NCBI RefSeq assembly: GCF_000485595.1
Contig: NW_014577092.1
Span: 354,200-418,199, forward strand
Source: Priapulus caudatus
Taxonomy: Eukaryota
Length of the DNA: 64,000 bases
Direction: 5' to 3'
Both the position numbers and the translations under genes were made by a program. The notes under the pieces are model-generated. The model was not told the DNA's origin. It worked only from the letters and a program-made list of their open reading frames with translations, and did not search any database. Within the stretch, counting starts at the first letter, position 1. Each line of letters starts with the position of its first letter. Positions 11,826 through 23,740 of this stretch are shown piece after piece.

Positions 11826-14800
11826 CGACGCTGTTCGTAAGATGGCATAGTGGGCGTGCACCAATGCGAGCGTTTTCACACATCACATCGTCTGCATATA
11901 GGACATATAGGCGAAGGTAGTAAGGTCAAGGAACGTATTCGGGTCTGCGATCATATGCTTGACACCCTGGGAGTCCTAGACTCAAATAAACAGTGAGATA
12001 TGGCTCCTAGTAGAGTGTATCATCAAAGTCCACAGAACTACATCACCGTTGTTATATATGCGATTGAGTCAACTGGGAATCAGCTAATAACCCTAAACAT
12101 CGGTACACGAAAAAGCAACATTCATTCAACCTTACTTGGCAACAGAAAAAATGATAACAATTCAACTATGACAAGAGCAAATATAATCGAATATTAGAAT
12201 TTTCGTGCTCATAGAAACATAAGTATTCGCAAGGAAGAAAGCAATTTATTGCGGTAGGAACAAGAGGATAAAACCTTGTACCTAAATATAAATATGCGTA
12301 GGGAGACGTTTTATAAATCACGTGACTACATTAGCTATGATAAAGCGAGAATAGACAGAGGCAGGTTATAGATGGGGAGCTCGATCTAACAATGACTAAA
12401 CAAGGCCAACAAGGAAATTCACCAGTAAAAAGCTAGAAGTGAAATTTAATATGATGCACGATACTCGCATCTATAGTAAATAATAGATGAAACTTGACAA
12501 ACGCTAACAAAAAAGGTAAAATCACAAGTTATGGGAAGCGGCCGTCAGGAAATCGATCTGCCTTAAGGAGAAGTACTAGGTGCACCATAGTAACAACCAA
12601 CTACAATCGCTTTAAGAGTTGAGGCTACGTATAATACCAATTCTGACCGGCAATCTATTAGAAATAGATTAAATGTTATTACAATACCGTATACAATTTA
12701 GAGCAAAGACAACGTTTATTATGAAGAAGGAGTGTTGTTACAGAAATTAAAAATATGGGGAAAGAATTGGGCAAATGAAGATCATAGACAAAATTGAAGA
12801 ATATGAAATTAAAATTATGTCATTCTTATCTATTGGCCCGTTATCAAAAATGAGATCGGAAAAAAGATGGTAAAAGATGGCAATTGCTAAAAAACGTGAT
12901 AGAAGGGACGAAGGGAAGGAGCACAAAAACAAAATTGCAAATGATTAATATTAAATAATTATGGGATAAAAAATTATATGACGTCAATGTCCTATGAGGA
13001 TTCTTGGTTTGTGTTTAAATCGGCAAGACATGCATGATAGATTTAAAGGCTTACTTTAAATAAGACACTGAATGACGATGTGACTTGTGTAGGGCGGGGA
13101 GAAAAAGAAAGCCTTGTTACATGCTATATAATGGCCTTGAATATGCGGGTATACCCTAAATGAAAGGGGAATCCATGTGAGGAGGCTGGAAAATGTGAGC
13201 GATCCCAAGTTTACTTTTAACATTGCTTCCGACCATCGTGAGGAAATTACTAAAAATATAGGGATCCAAAGAATAAAATTTAGCAAACTTTAAATGCTGG
13301 AGGTTACAGATAATGAAAATGATGAGATGAAAGTTTACATTCCGAATATCTCGCCACCTTCACCAGAATTTATGCCTTTGTGAAATACAAGAGGTGGGAC
13401 AATATACGATAACGATACGATAGCGACATACGATACTGATGGTTCAATTTTGTTAAAAAAATCATTATTTTTTTATTGTACGGTGCACAGCACAAATTTT
13501 CTTGCCGTTGCAACGCCAGTACTGCACTTGGTACCTCGTGAAGCAACATGTATATATATACTATAGTATAGATATTATAATATATGATTATATAGTATAT
13601 ATAGTATAGTATGTGTGTGGTGTGGCGTGTGTGTGTGTGTGTGTGTGTGTGTTGTGTGTGTGTGTGTGTGTGTGTGTAGTGTGTATTGGTGTTTGTGTGT
13701 CTGCATGTGTAGTGTGTGTTGTGTGGCGCGCGTCGCGTTGTGTTTGTGTGTTGTGTGTTGTGTGTTGTGTGTTGTGTGTTGTGTTTTGTGTGTCTGTGTT
13801 GGCGCGTGTCGTGTGCGCGCCGCGCGTGTGTGTGTTTTGTGTGTGTGTGTGTGTGTGTGTGGGTGTGTGTGTGCGTGTCGCGTGTGCGTGGTGCGTGCTG
13901 CGTGGTGCGTGATGCCGTGCGGCGTGTGCGTGCTGCGTGCGTGCGTGCGTGCGCAGCGCGCGCGGTGGTGTGTGTGTGTGTGTGTGTGTGTGCTGTGTGT
14001 TTAATTGTTCTGCAGCTTGCACCCAAAAACTCGCAGCATTTCGCCACGCCCCGAGGCTACAGACCCCTGTTGGCAGACCGCAGACTTCAGGGCGATACCC
14101 CGTGGGAGCCGAGCAAATAAGATCAAGGCATGTGTCAATTTCATGCTTATCTCTAGCCACATGTAAAGAACCAGAAAGCTTGGACTTGCCGCAAAAATGA
14201 GCGGTCTATCTACGAGGCGAATCATAGCTGCCTGGAGTCTCTCTAAACATCCTCTCTAAATCTGAGCAATAGGCGAGGTGAACTCCAAATACCAATGTCA
14301 AATCAGAAATGATCAAGGAGATTGTGGTAGTAAGTCATCGGAGAACCTCAATGAGATCTGTTTTTCCTGACATGGCACGTTACTAGCAAATCTCGCCAGG
14401 TGGCTTTCCTGAGTGCGCATTCCTTCGCCTCAAAGGAGGCGATGGCAGTTTGGTGATACGACTCTTAAGCTACTGCAATAGATTCCAGGGGGATCGCACC
14501 ACCTACAAGTCGCATCGATACTGTTCGGCCGACACATCTGAGACTGCATATGCATGCCCAAGTCGAGTTTTTCTCAACTCGCTTGGGAACTTGGCTAACT
14601 TGGCAAACTCCCTTGACTTTCCTGCTGTTCATATCCCAGGCCCGTAGGAATGGGGGGAGGGGGGCAATGGGGCGCCTGCCTCCAACAATTTCCTGAATTT
14701 GGTTATAAGTTATTTAAAAATACACAGCGCGACTATTCATTGTACAAAATAACTAAAAAAGCGAGTTTTCCCATCCGCCACACAGACCGAATAGATATAT

Positions 14801-17800
14801 TTATTCTTTGACATTGAATGTATTGCTGCATCACCATACATCTAAATTATGTATATAAACAAGTGTTGTTACATTAATGCACATATCATTCCTGCACGGT
14901 TCATGCTTTTTCCAGCATGCGATGTACTAATGTAACATTGTGCAATGCCAGCAATACACGAAGAGAAGCTTTATGTCCATATGAAAATTTTAAAATTTCA
15001 GACCATTCACCTATTCTCGGGCTATACGCGCCTCACAGACTCGCAGCGCATCTGTAAACGGCCATTGTCCCTCCACTTGTCTATATGTCTATATGTCTGT
15101 ATCCCTTCCTACCGAGCCTGTTCATATCCACAGGCTCCAGCTCAAAGTTGGTGTCACGAGCATCGTGGCTCCTGAAGAATACATTCATCCCCCACCAAGC
15201 CTCTGCAGGCGGAACACTCCTGGCTTTACGAGCAACGTTGTTCCACGCGTCATTGATCACATATAGTCGTGGGCTGGAAAAAGAAGTGGAATGTGTTGAT
15301 CTCGAGGATCCTATCAATCTCCAACAGACCACAGGGTGTATGTTCAAGCGCCTCCGATTTTCCGAGTTAGCTCGAGTGTGCAATGCGCTATTTATAAGGC
15401 CCATGGAATAGTCCCGCTGGCCTTAATCTAGACATCACAACTTCCGTCGGCTGCAATGGTCAGGCTTTACGTTAAGGTGTTCAGAGTTATATTCCCACAA
15501 AACCCTTCATTCTCGGCCGACGGAACACCACCATGTCGTATGTCCAGAGCCTTTGACAACATAGAGGATCCATGGAATCATTTCAAACTGTTCTTGTCAG
15601 AATCCATTATTTGCCTCTTCAGTATTTTATTTCTCATTGTTTAGCGACTCTATCCTTAGAATTAAGCTAAATGTATGTAGGATTACCACTACAGTTGTCC
15701 TTTGTCTTTTTTCAATCCGTAGTAAATTATTAATAAATAACTTAAACTAAAAGTAAATACATAAATATCCAAAATAAATATAATACACATTAGTCTACAC
15801 AATAGCCAAAACCGGCGCCTTTTTCTATATTTTTACAGTATTAGACAGGAGTGTATAAAGAGAGTATGTCTTATATTCGTAGGCATTCCTGAATCTTATC
15901 TATAGGTCTCGTTCCACAGCGAGACTCGTATTTATGAAATACGGTATTTGTGAAATACCGAATCTGAGACCCAAATACTCGCCGAGCGTTTCACACGCTG
16001 ATTCGCGCTCCAGAAATAGGTATTTGGCGAGCTGCGAGCTGCTTTAAACAGATCACAACGAACAATGCGAAATAAACAATGCAATGCGGCACCCAACTGC
16101 GATAACATACCCGTAAGAGACTGTACCGCGCTCGGATCAGTTCCACTTGCGTTACACTGGAACTGTCGAGCGCGTACCCCGTGCTATAAAATACGCGGCT
16201 CCAGAAATCGCGCGGTATTTAGCGTTCACACGAGGAAATGCGCGGTCCAAGAGATCGCGGATATTGTCTCAGCACGGCAAATTATTCGGGGTCTGGGAAG
16301 CCGCGTATTTACATCAAATACCGGAATCGGTTTAAATACCGTATTCTCTTGGACCGCGCAAATTTTGCCTCGTGTGAACGCTAAATACCGGATTTCTTTG
16401 CTACGTGTGAACGCGGCTTATGTCGCACTCGTGTGAGCGGTGGCCACGTGCGGTGAACGCGTGTAAGCGTGGTGTAACGTGCTTAACCGGTCAAGTTATT
16501 AAGGGAAGCCGGTCAATGTATACCATGGCATAGCAGTGCACACGTTAGTTAAAGACACCTGCTGATTCACTGCGGTATAAATAATATCAGAGCTAAAAAT
16601 GTATTATAGATGTTGATAATATTTTGATTGAAATCGTATATATGTAATATAATATTTGTTATACAATGTAATATACGTGTAAAATTTCCCTTTATATGCA
16701 TCGCGCTATATCCTTATTGGCGAAGGCCATATTAAACGGATGCTATGTGCAGCAGCGTAACACGGTCAACACGTCGCGTAAGAGCGAAACCAATGCTGTT
16801 GGAATAGTACGTAATAAAAGCGATGCATATAAGAAAAGGTAACAGGCTAATCTAATCTATACAGTAGACCAAACTAGAATTCAACTGTGTACGGCGGTAT
16901 ATGTAAATTAGTGTAAGCCACTCGAGTACTACATAGCGTAGTTGCATCCTGTGTTCGAGAAGCAACTGTGAATCTGGTGGACGATCCCGCCTTTCCCGCA
17001 AAATTTACCGCAATTGCCTCCGATCCCGCCCACACCACTCACGCGCGCCGCGCGCACGTACCCCGACGACGCACTACATGAAACACAAAACCACGCACGC
17101 GCGCGCCATGGCACACAATACAACGCACTCACAGCATACATGACGCATACGACAACACGTCGCAATACACACAGTGCGCAATACCGCACACAAGCACGAC
17201 ACACACACACACACACAACACACACACACACACACACACGCACGCACGGCGGACGGCACGCACACACACACACATACCTACACGCACGGCATATTGACAA
17301 TCTGCCAAAAAATGCTCATTCTGTGATTGTAAAAGTTGTACCAAGAGTGTTAATATAGTTCAGCACAGTGATTTCTGTGAAAAAAGTGTGAAACACATGG
17401 TCTTCCTTATATAAACAATAGAGAAATTAAATCTGTCTTAGTACCTGAACTTCTTTTGCAGTGTCGAATGTGAATTATATGTAACACTGGCAAGAGATAG
17501 CCCGGCTGTGCCGCGGCTACAAAGTAACCGAACTTTTAATATGGGTTTCCACCGGTTAGCAAAGACATATAAGAAATTGCAAAATAGTCTCTGTATTTTT
17601 TATCACTGCAATATTTCAGAGATTTCTCGAAAGATACATTGTTACATTATGTGTGGCATGAATTACATTGAAAGGGAACATTGAACAATGAATTCATTAA
17701 CGGTTGAAACGGAACACCCTCAGTATACCGGCCAAAAAGATGTTGTACCATATTTCCAGTAGGGGGCATAAACAGACACATTAATGTGGATGTTCCAACT

Positions 17801-18154
17801 TCGGTGAACACCCACACCTCAGCCGCCCATAAGAGAAGGGCAAGACTCCTTCAGTGTAAATCCAAGCAACAGCTTGAATGTTGTTCTAAGTAGTGAATTG
17901 TTAATCGAGCATGGCAAAATCAGGCGAAGCAAAATTGCAGTCTCTTAAATCGAAAAGGGCGTGTCACCAAGGAGATTTTCGTAAATAGATAGGGAGCGAC
18001 AAGTAATTGATTGTGTTCAAAAGTAGTGTAGGGTGGTAAGTAAGTGCAGCGATACACTTCCCTCACACACAGCACGTGCCAGCGGCGGCACGACGCGCAA
18101 ACGCAATCGGCACGCACGTACGAACACACCACACCACACACAACACACGCGCGC

Positions 18155-18189
<35 letters not shown>

Positions 18190-19812
18190 GCAACACACAC
18201 ACACGCACACACACACACACACACACCACACACAACAACACACACACACATACACAGCGCACACAGCACTGACGCGCGGCGCGTATTACTCATACACGCA
18301 TAGATTTACGGTCTGTACTGTGTAAATCATGAAACATAAAAATGTAATAAAATACAAGTAGCAAACTAATGTAGCTTTTAGATACTAACGGAAATAGGTC
18401 TATTTAAAGAGTATTGAAAGAAGCCTGTATCTGGGCCAGTATCTTTCCCGTTTCCTGAATGACGCACAAATTTAAAATTTTAAATTTTGATATAGAATTA
18501 TAATAAAATTTATAGAATACCGGATCTATAGAACTTTTTATATGCATCCGGAAAAATATTGCAGTCAGTTCATATAAAGCTAACCAATTCGTGTAGCTTT
18601 TAAACATGCTCTTTACTTATTATGATAATTTTAATGAATCTATTAATTGTTCTTTTAATGCGTAATATGTACAAGCATCATATAAAAATGTACACTGAAT
18701 ACAGTTTCAAACATACACTGTTACGGCCAACAAACGCTCCACTCACAAACAATCGCGCATAGATTACGATTGTTACTTCGAGATAATGCCATTATTCTCA
18801 AAGTAAAGAATAGCGCATGCAAGCTCACTGTGGTTATCATGGAGTGTCTTGAATTGTATTAAACTTCTGCGACGGATTTGGCAATGTTCACTGCGTCCGG
18901 GCTCGTGACGCCTAAGTCGCCCGCAGTAAGCGGTCGTAGTTAAGAGAAATGTGTTTGTGGACAAGTAGGAACCGCATCGCATCTAACGCGATACCCCAAG
19001 TGTTTTCCGATATGCGGCTTCGATGAGTCGCTAGGACAAGAGTTCGCTGCACTCTACTAGTACCGCTTTGGGCTTATAGACCTTCTTAATTATATTCCAT
19101 GACTGGGTCACACACGCAAAAGCGAAGGCCTAAGCTAGGCAATTTTGTAAACAATGGTCTGCTCAGGCAGGCGCGCACAGATGGGGTACACGCACGTACA
19201 CGCACGTCACGGCAGGATACACGCACGTACACGCGGGTACAGCGAGATACACGCACGTACACGCAGGTACACGCACCCCGTACACGCACGTACACGCAGG
19301 TACACGCATCGTACACGCGGTACGACGCAGTACACGAGATACACGCACAGACACGTACACGCAGATACACCACGTACCCGTACACCGCAGAATACACCGC
19401 ACGTACAGCGTACGAGGGCGAGATACAACCGCAAGGCGTAACGCGGGTGAGACGGAGATACACGGAGATGACACTCACGTAGAGCGCGGGTACACGGCAC
19501 GTACACGCGGTGGACTACCGCACTGTCACACGCAGATACAACGCACGTACACGCAGATACACGCACGTACACGCGGTACACGGGCGAGACTGGACACGCG
19601 AAGTACAGCGTGTACACGGCAGGAGTGACACGGCAGGGGTGACAGCGGCGGTACACGCACTACATCGGCAGATACACGCACGTACACCGCAGGTTAGGCA
19701 CGCACGTACGCACGCACGTACACGTACACGCGAGATAGCGACGCACGTACAGCGGTGCACGCACGTACACGTCACGCACGTACACCANNNNNNNNNNNNN
19801 NNNNNNNNNNNN

Positions 19813-20520
19813 CAGGCTGTCTACCTTGTTATATAATAACCAAGACGCGCAGATGTCACTGGATGACGATGCCCTTACCTGAGATAATAGCCGGGGTCTG
19901 AGAGAAATCTGGTATTTGGGCCGAAGACCGACTTCGAGATACGCTGCGTGGAGTGCGACTGGTCTTCTCGCTTTGAGATAAGCTTTCGGGAAAACCGTCG
20001 CCGTGTTTCCGTGTGCATGATTGACATCATATGAATGAATGAGGTCTGTTATTCATTGCACATAGTGCATGACCAGCCCAAGGTCTGTGCTCTACCCTCA
20101 CTCTGGATGTATAGTAAACTCTGGCAGTAGCGACGTGAGTCAACGCGCTCCACATGTGCGCTACACTCAGCGGCGACCGGTAGGCAACACAGGCATCTGG
20201 CCATCAAGAGGCGAGAGACAGTCGCAGTCCAGCAGGTATCTTCGACGTCGGGTTTTCGGCCGGAAACAATAGTAATTTCTTCAACACCGGTTCCTATGCT
20301 CAGCGTAGGGCATCGTAAGGACATGCGGTGTGGTTTATATTAGCAAGGTAGGACAGCTGATGCACATAATACTTGTAAAGAATCCGTCAAATTAAAATGG
20401 GGAAAGTTTATTAATTCGATAATACTGCAAACAATGCAGCAACGATGTTTAAGCATTTAAAATCACCGTTGTACACGTCTCGCTCTTTATCGCTCTTGAA
20501 TATATCTATAGTATATAGTA
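19813..20520. mobile_element. second, error-rich read of the same TIR element, leading into unique COMMD3 intron 2 sequence
   Basis: Same orientation and sequence as ~9320-9970 (ctcactctggatgtata...ctcagcgtagggcatcgta). Confidence 0.8.
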
Positions 20521-21067
20521 TATATATAATATGATATTGTACTCCTGAATGCATTTGTTTATTTAAGCATATCCTCATGTTAATTATTCTCATAAGTTAG
20601 TTCTATTCCATGTCTTTCACACAAATCAAATGTGAGTTTGTCAGCATTTCTATGTTGCACAGACACATGTACAGAAGCGTGCACACAGACATGCAATCGC
20701 ACAAACACACACAAGGCATTCGTGAGTTAACTGATGTGCAGTACTCTACGTAATGCTAGTAGCAAAATAAAGTTTAATTCTTGCAAATAATTAGCGTATG
20801 TCATTGTAGTAAATTGACAGAGATCTGGTGTTTCATACATGTTAAAGAGGAAGAATACTCTACAATGTGAGTGTATTATGACACTATATATAACTGTATA
20901 TATTATATATTTCAATACTGCATGTAGTATAATTTAGATCCAGTATAACTGTAAATATGCGCTAATCACTATAGTAATGGTCCCCTTTTAAACAAAACAG
21001 GATTGACTCAGTCTGACTGTGATATTATTTTGTCTATGCGTATGAATTCTGAATTCATCTATTTTAG

Positions 21068-21131
21068 GGCCATTTTAGAAGACTGTAGGTTCAGCCCTGA
21101 TCGGCTATCAAGTGTCACGAAATCATTCTTG
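21068..21131 (+). CDS. COMMD3: COMMD3 coding exon 3
   Basis: ttttag|G...TTG|gtatgc; AILEDCRFSPDRLSSVTKSFL, cf. human TYLEDCKFDRERI; phases 2->0. Confidence 0.92.
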
Positions 21132-21242
21132 GTATGCCTAGCCTATAGATATTTTGGAAATATACATTCATACTTCTCATGCTTTACCTATGTCCAGAAG
21201 TTTCCATTCTCAACTTCGCGTGATCCGTTATAACAATGATAA

Positions 21243-22005
21243 GGCCATGAGAATTGAGGTATGAGTTTCCCGTCCGAGATATTTTGAAAAGTGAGGAGGC
21301 TTTTTTTCATTTTTCATTTTTCATTATTCATTTAATATTTGTAGTTAACCCATTGTTCATGCGACATCCGCATACATGTGTGTAATAATTCATATTTTAT
21401 TATCCGTGGTCGAATATTTTCTTCAAACTCATCAGATTCTATATTCATTGAGAAATACTTACGGCATTCAGCATTGCAAATTTATTGACAATTCGGAGCA
21501 TTTATAATTTATGAACATCCGGAAAAGACACGGCAGAGAGAACAATTTCCATTGGTCAATCTTGGCGCAATGATGAGTTCCTGACCAATCAGAGCATCTG
21601 TTACTGTATGTGGCTCAATTATAGTGTATCACCAGATGTCTCGCTGAACAGCTTGGCTGGTAGACTGGTACCCGGTCGTCCCACCTCTCGGCTTACTCCC
21701 TCCCATCAAGTAATCGAGGTGGGAGCGAGTACCAGTCTACTTGGCTGGTTACCATTTCCAACTGTAGCCTGGCACGTTTTTGGGGATCGGGCTGTAAGTC
21801 GATGTACTCAGGATACGTAACGTCAGCATGCTGTTGTATTGGTTGGTATTAATGTATGTTTTAATCGCTCTGAATGGACAACTTGGGTTTTAATGATTTA
21901 AAAATGAAAATAATGAAATACTTTTGAAATAATGAATATTTTCGGCGGTGGCTCTGACGGCATGCGGGCGGTGGACGGGAAACTCATACCTCAATTCTCA
22001 TGGCC
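21243..22005. mobile_element. PIF/Harbinger-type MITE in COMMD3 intron 3
   Basis: Perfect ~32-bp TIR ggccatgagaattgaggtatgagtttcccgtcc; TAA TSD at 21240-21242 and 22006-22008. Confidence 0.88.
21660..21740. repeat. small imperfect hairpin element nested in the MITE
   Basis: gtagactggtac...tcccacctc / gaggtggga...gtaccagtctac. Confidence 0.6.
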
Positions 22006-22319
22006 TAAGAGGTTTTGTAAGAATCTATATTTATGTACGAGAACAAAAATTAATTTGAAGTACCCACCTGCTTCCTAGAAATTGACAGCTGTTTATGATC
22101 TACGATTGAGTACTGGCAGGCAAGTCATGATATAGATCTAGGTAGAGTTTATTTGGGGCACTTTTAATTCACTAAAATGATGTGGTTTGGGCAAAAATAA
22201 TTTAACGGATCCATTGTAATAATTATAGGCTGTTGCCCAAATAATGCGGTTGGTCCTGGCTTGTTCGGGAATAGTGATTGTGAAACACAGTTCTGTGAGC
22301 ATTTCTTTGTGAATTATAG

Positions 22320-22415
22320 GAACACAAAGCACAGATCAGAACCCATTTGGGAGGCATAGGTCTCTACCCCCCTCACATAGTTGACGTGGACTGGAGACTC
22401 GACTACTGCATTAAG
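22320..22415 (+). CDS. COMMD3: COMMD3 coding exon 4
   Basis: ttatag|GAA...AAG|gtgctt; EHKAQIRTHLGGIGLYPPHIVDVDWRLDYCIK, start of the COMM domain (human PHITDVSWRLEYQIK). Confidence 0.93.
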
Positions 22416-22812
22416 GTGCTTAATCTATTCTAGTTATTGGTACTTCTTTGTACTAATTAAAATTGTATTGCTAGTTACACTGCAAAATATCCTGTTATCT
22501 ACATGCACAATCTACTCCGTTACAACATACTCATGTCGTATATTGTCGTTATAGGCCTGGCCTACATCATACAAGCAGAACTTGATAAAGTGTGGCATGA
22601 ATACAGCATACGCTGGATTTTGCAACTTATACAATTTTTCTTACCCGATAGATGGCAGCACGATGTTATAATGACTAATAAAATAGTATCGCTCTTCTAT
22701 AATAGTTAGGATTGTGTTTAAATTTCTATTTTTTTCAAATCCGAAACAGTCTATTTAGACGCAAACGTCATCTGATTTGTGGATCAATCGTTCTGCGTGT
22801 CACTTTGTACAG

Positions 22813-22929
22813 GATAGCAATCGTGACAAGGTGAATGAGCCTGTGTACCTGATAGATCTAAAGACCCAGAGGTCAGGCGAGACTGAGTTGCATGATATAC
22901 AGTTCTCGTGTACCATGGAACAACTGCAG
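22813..22929 (+). CDS. COMMD3: COMMD3 coding exon 5
   Basis: gtacag|GAT...CAG|gtaagg; DSNRDKVNEPVYLIDLKTQRSGETELHDIQFSCTMEQLQ, cf. human ISFSCSMEQLQ. Confidence 0.93.
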
Positions 22930-22974
22930 GTAAGGCTGAGGTAGCCCAGGTATACTCTAGGACTCTCGTACATA

Positions 22975-22982
22975 CATCATCG

Positions 22983-23017
<35 letters not shown>

Positions 23018-23056
23018 GTCATCACTGTTGTCATCATTGGCATAGTCATTATCATT

Positions 23057-23105
<49 letters not shown>

Positions 23106-23158
23106 GCGATGTCGCCATCGCCGTCGTCGCCGCCGCCATCCTCGTCATCATCATCGAC
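22975..23158. repeat. compound (TCA)n/(TCG)n microsatellite in COMMD3 intron 5
   Basis: Direct inspection. Confidence 0.9.
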
Positions 23159-23592
23159 ACTGTCTTAACTATAACCATAACCCTATCCTTATTCGTAATC
23201 CTATTATCCCAGACTGCGGATTCTAATGTAGCACTGACCCGGCTGTTGCTACTGTGACAAGCCACACGTGTACCCTACAATCACGCTGTCACTCGCTACT
23301 CCGTTCCTTCCAAGCAGACAGAACTGTCAACGTGACCCCTGCGCAATTCCATCCTATTCTATTCCATTATTTCTATTCTTTATTGCGCGTGTGGGCAGCT
23401 CTAAGATGCTCACAGAATGCTGTGTTTCCCTTTCCATTGTTCAAGTGAGTAACGTGAAAGGCGCAAACCCAAATACCTTGGCGGATACTTAAATAAACAC
23501 AGTCTTCCTACTGACAGATTCAAGGTGAATGTTATATAATTAGACACTTTTTCACAGTATTTGTGATTGCTTAGCCATTTGTGTGTTTCCAG

Positions 23593-23652
23593 GATCTAGT
23601 TGGGAAACTGAAGGATGCCACCAAGTCTTTAGAGAAGATAGCCCAGCTGTAA
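23593..23652 (+). CDS. COMMD3: COMMD3 final coding exon
   Basis: ttccag|DLVGKLKDATKSLEKIAQL*, cf. human DLVGKLKDASKSLERATQL*; the six exons sum to 585 nt = 194 aa + stop. Confidence 0.95.
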   Translation, partial: DLVGKLKDATKSLEKIAQL

Positions 23653-23734
23653 GGCTGAATGCATGGGAATTTTGATACATTTCCTCTAGCAGGCTTCAAT
23701 TCACCTACAAAGAACAGTTATTATAGTGTAATAG

Positions 23735-23740
23735 AATAAA
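23735..23740 (+). promoter_or_regulatory. candidate polyadenylation signal of COMMD3
   Basis: AATAAA ~80 nt after the stop codon, with a GT/T-rich tract further downstream. Confidence 0.45.

Larger units (their letters stand above)
1..19787. repeat. giant inverted repeat (arm 1 1-9484, spacer 9485-9687, error-rich arm 2 9688-19787)
   Basis: Landmarks mirror each other: 661 agaagg <-> 19086; COMMD3 ATG 7492 <-> 11825; LINE, Helitrons and MITEs are all mirrored. Confidence 0.95.

Noticed and set aside
9688..19787. Real inverted COMMD3 duplicate producing dsRNA
   Set aside because: Divergence is uniform single-base indel noise typical of raw long reads, and the fold point is re-entered after the gap
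22957..23265. Poly-Thr/Met ORF (and poly-Met/His ORFs at 40.2-40.6 kb)
   Set aside because: Trinucleotide microsatellites in non-coding sequence
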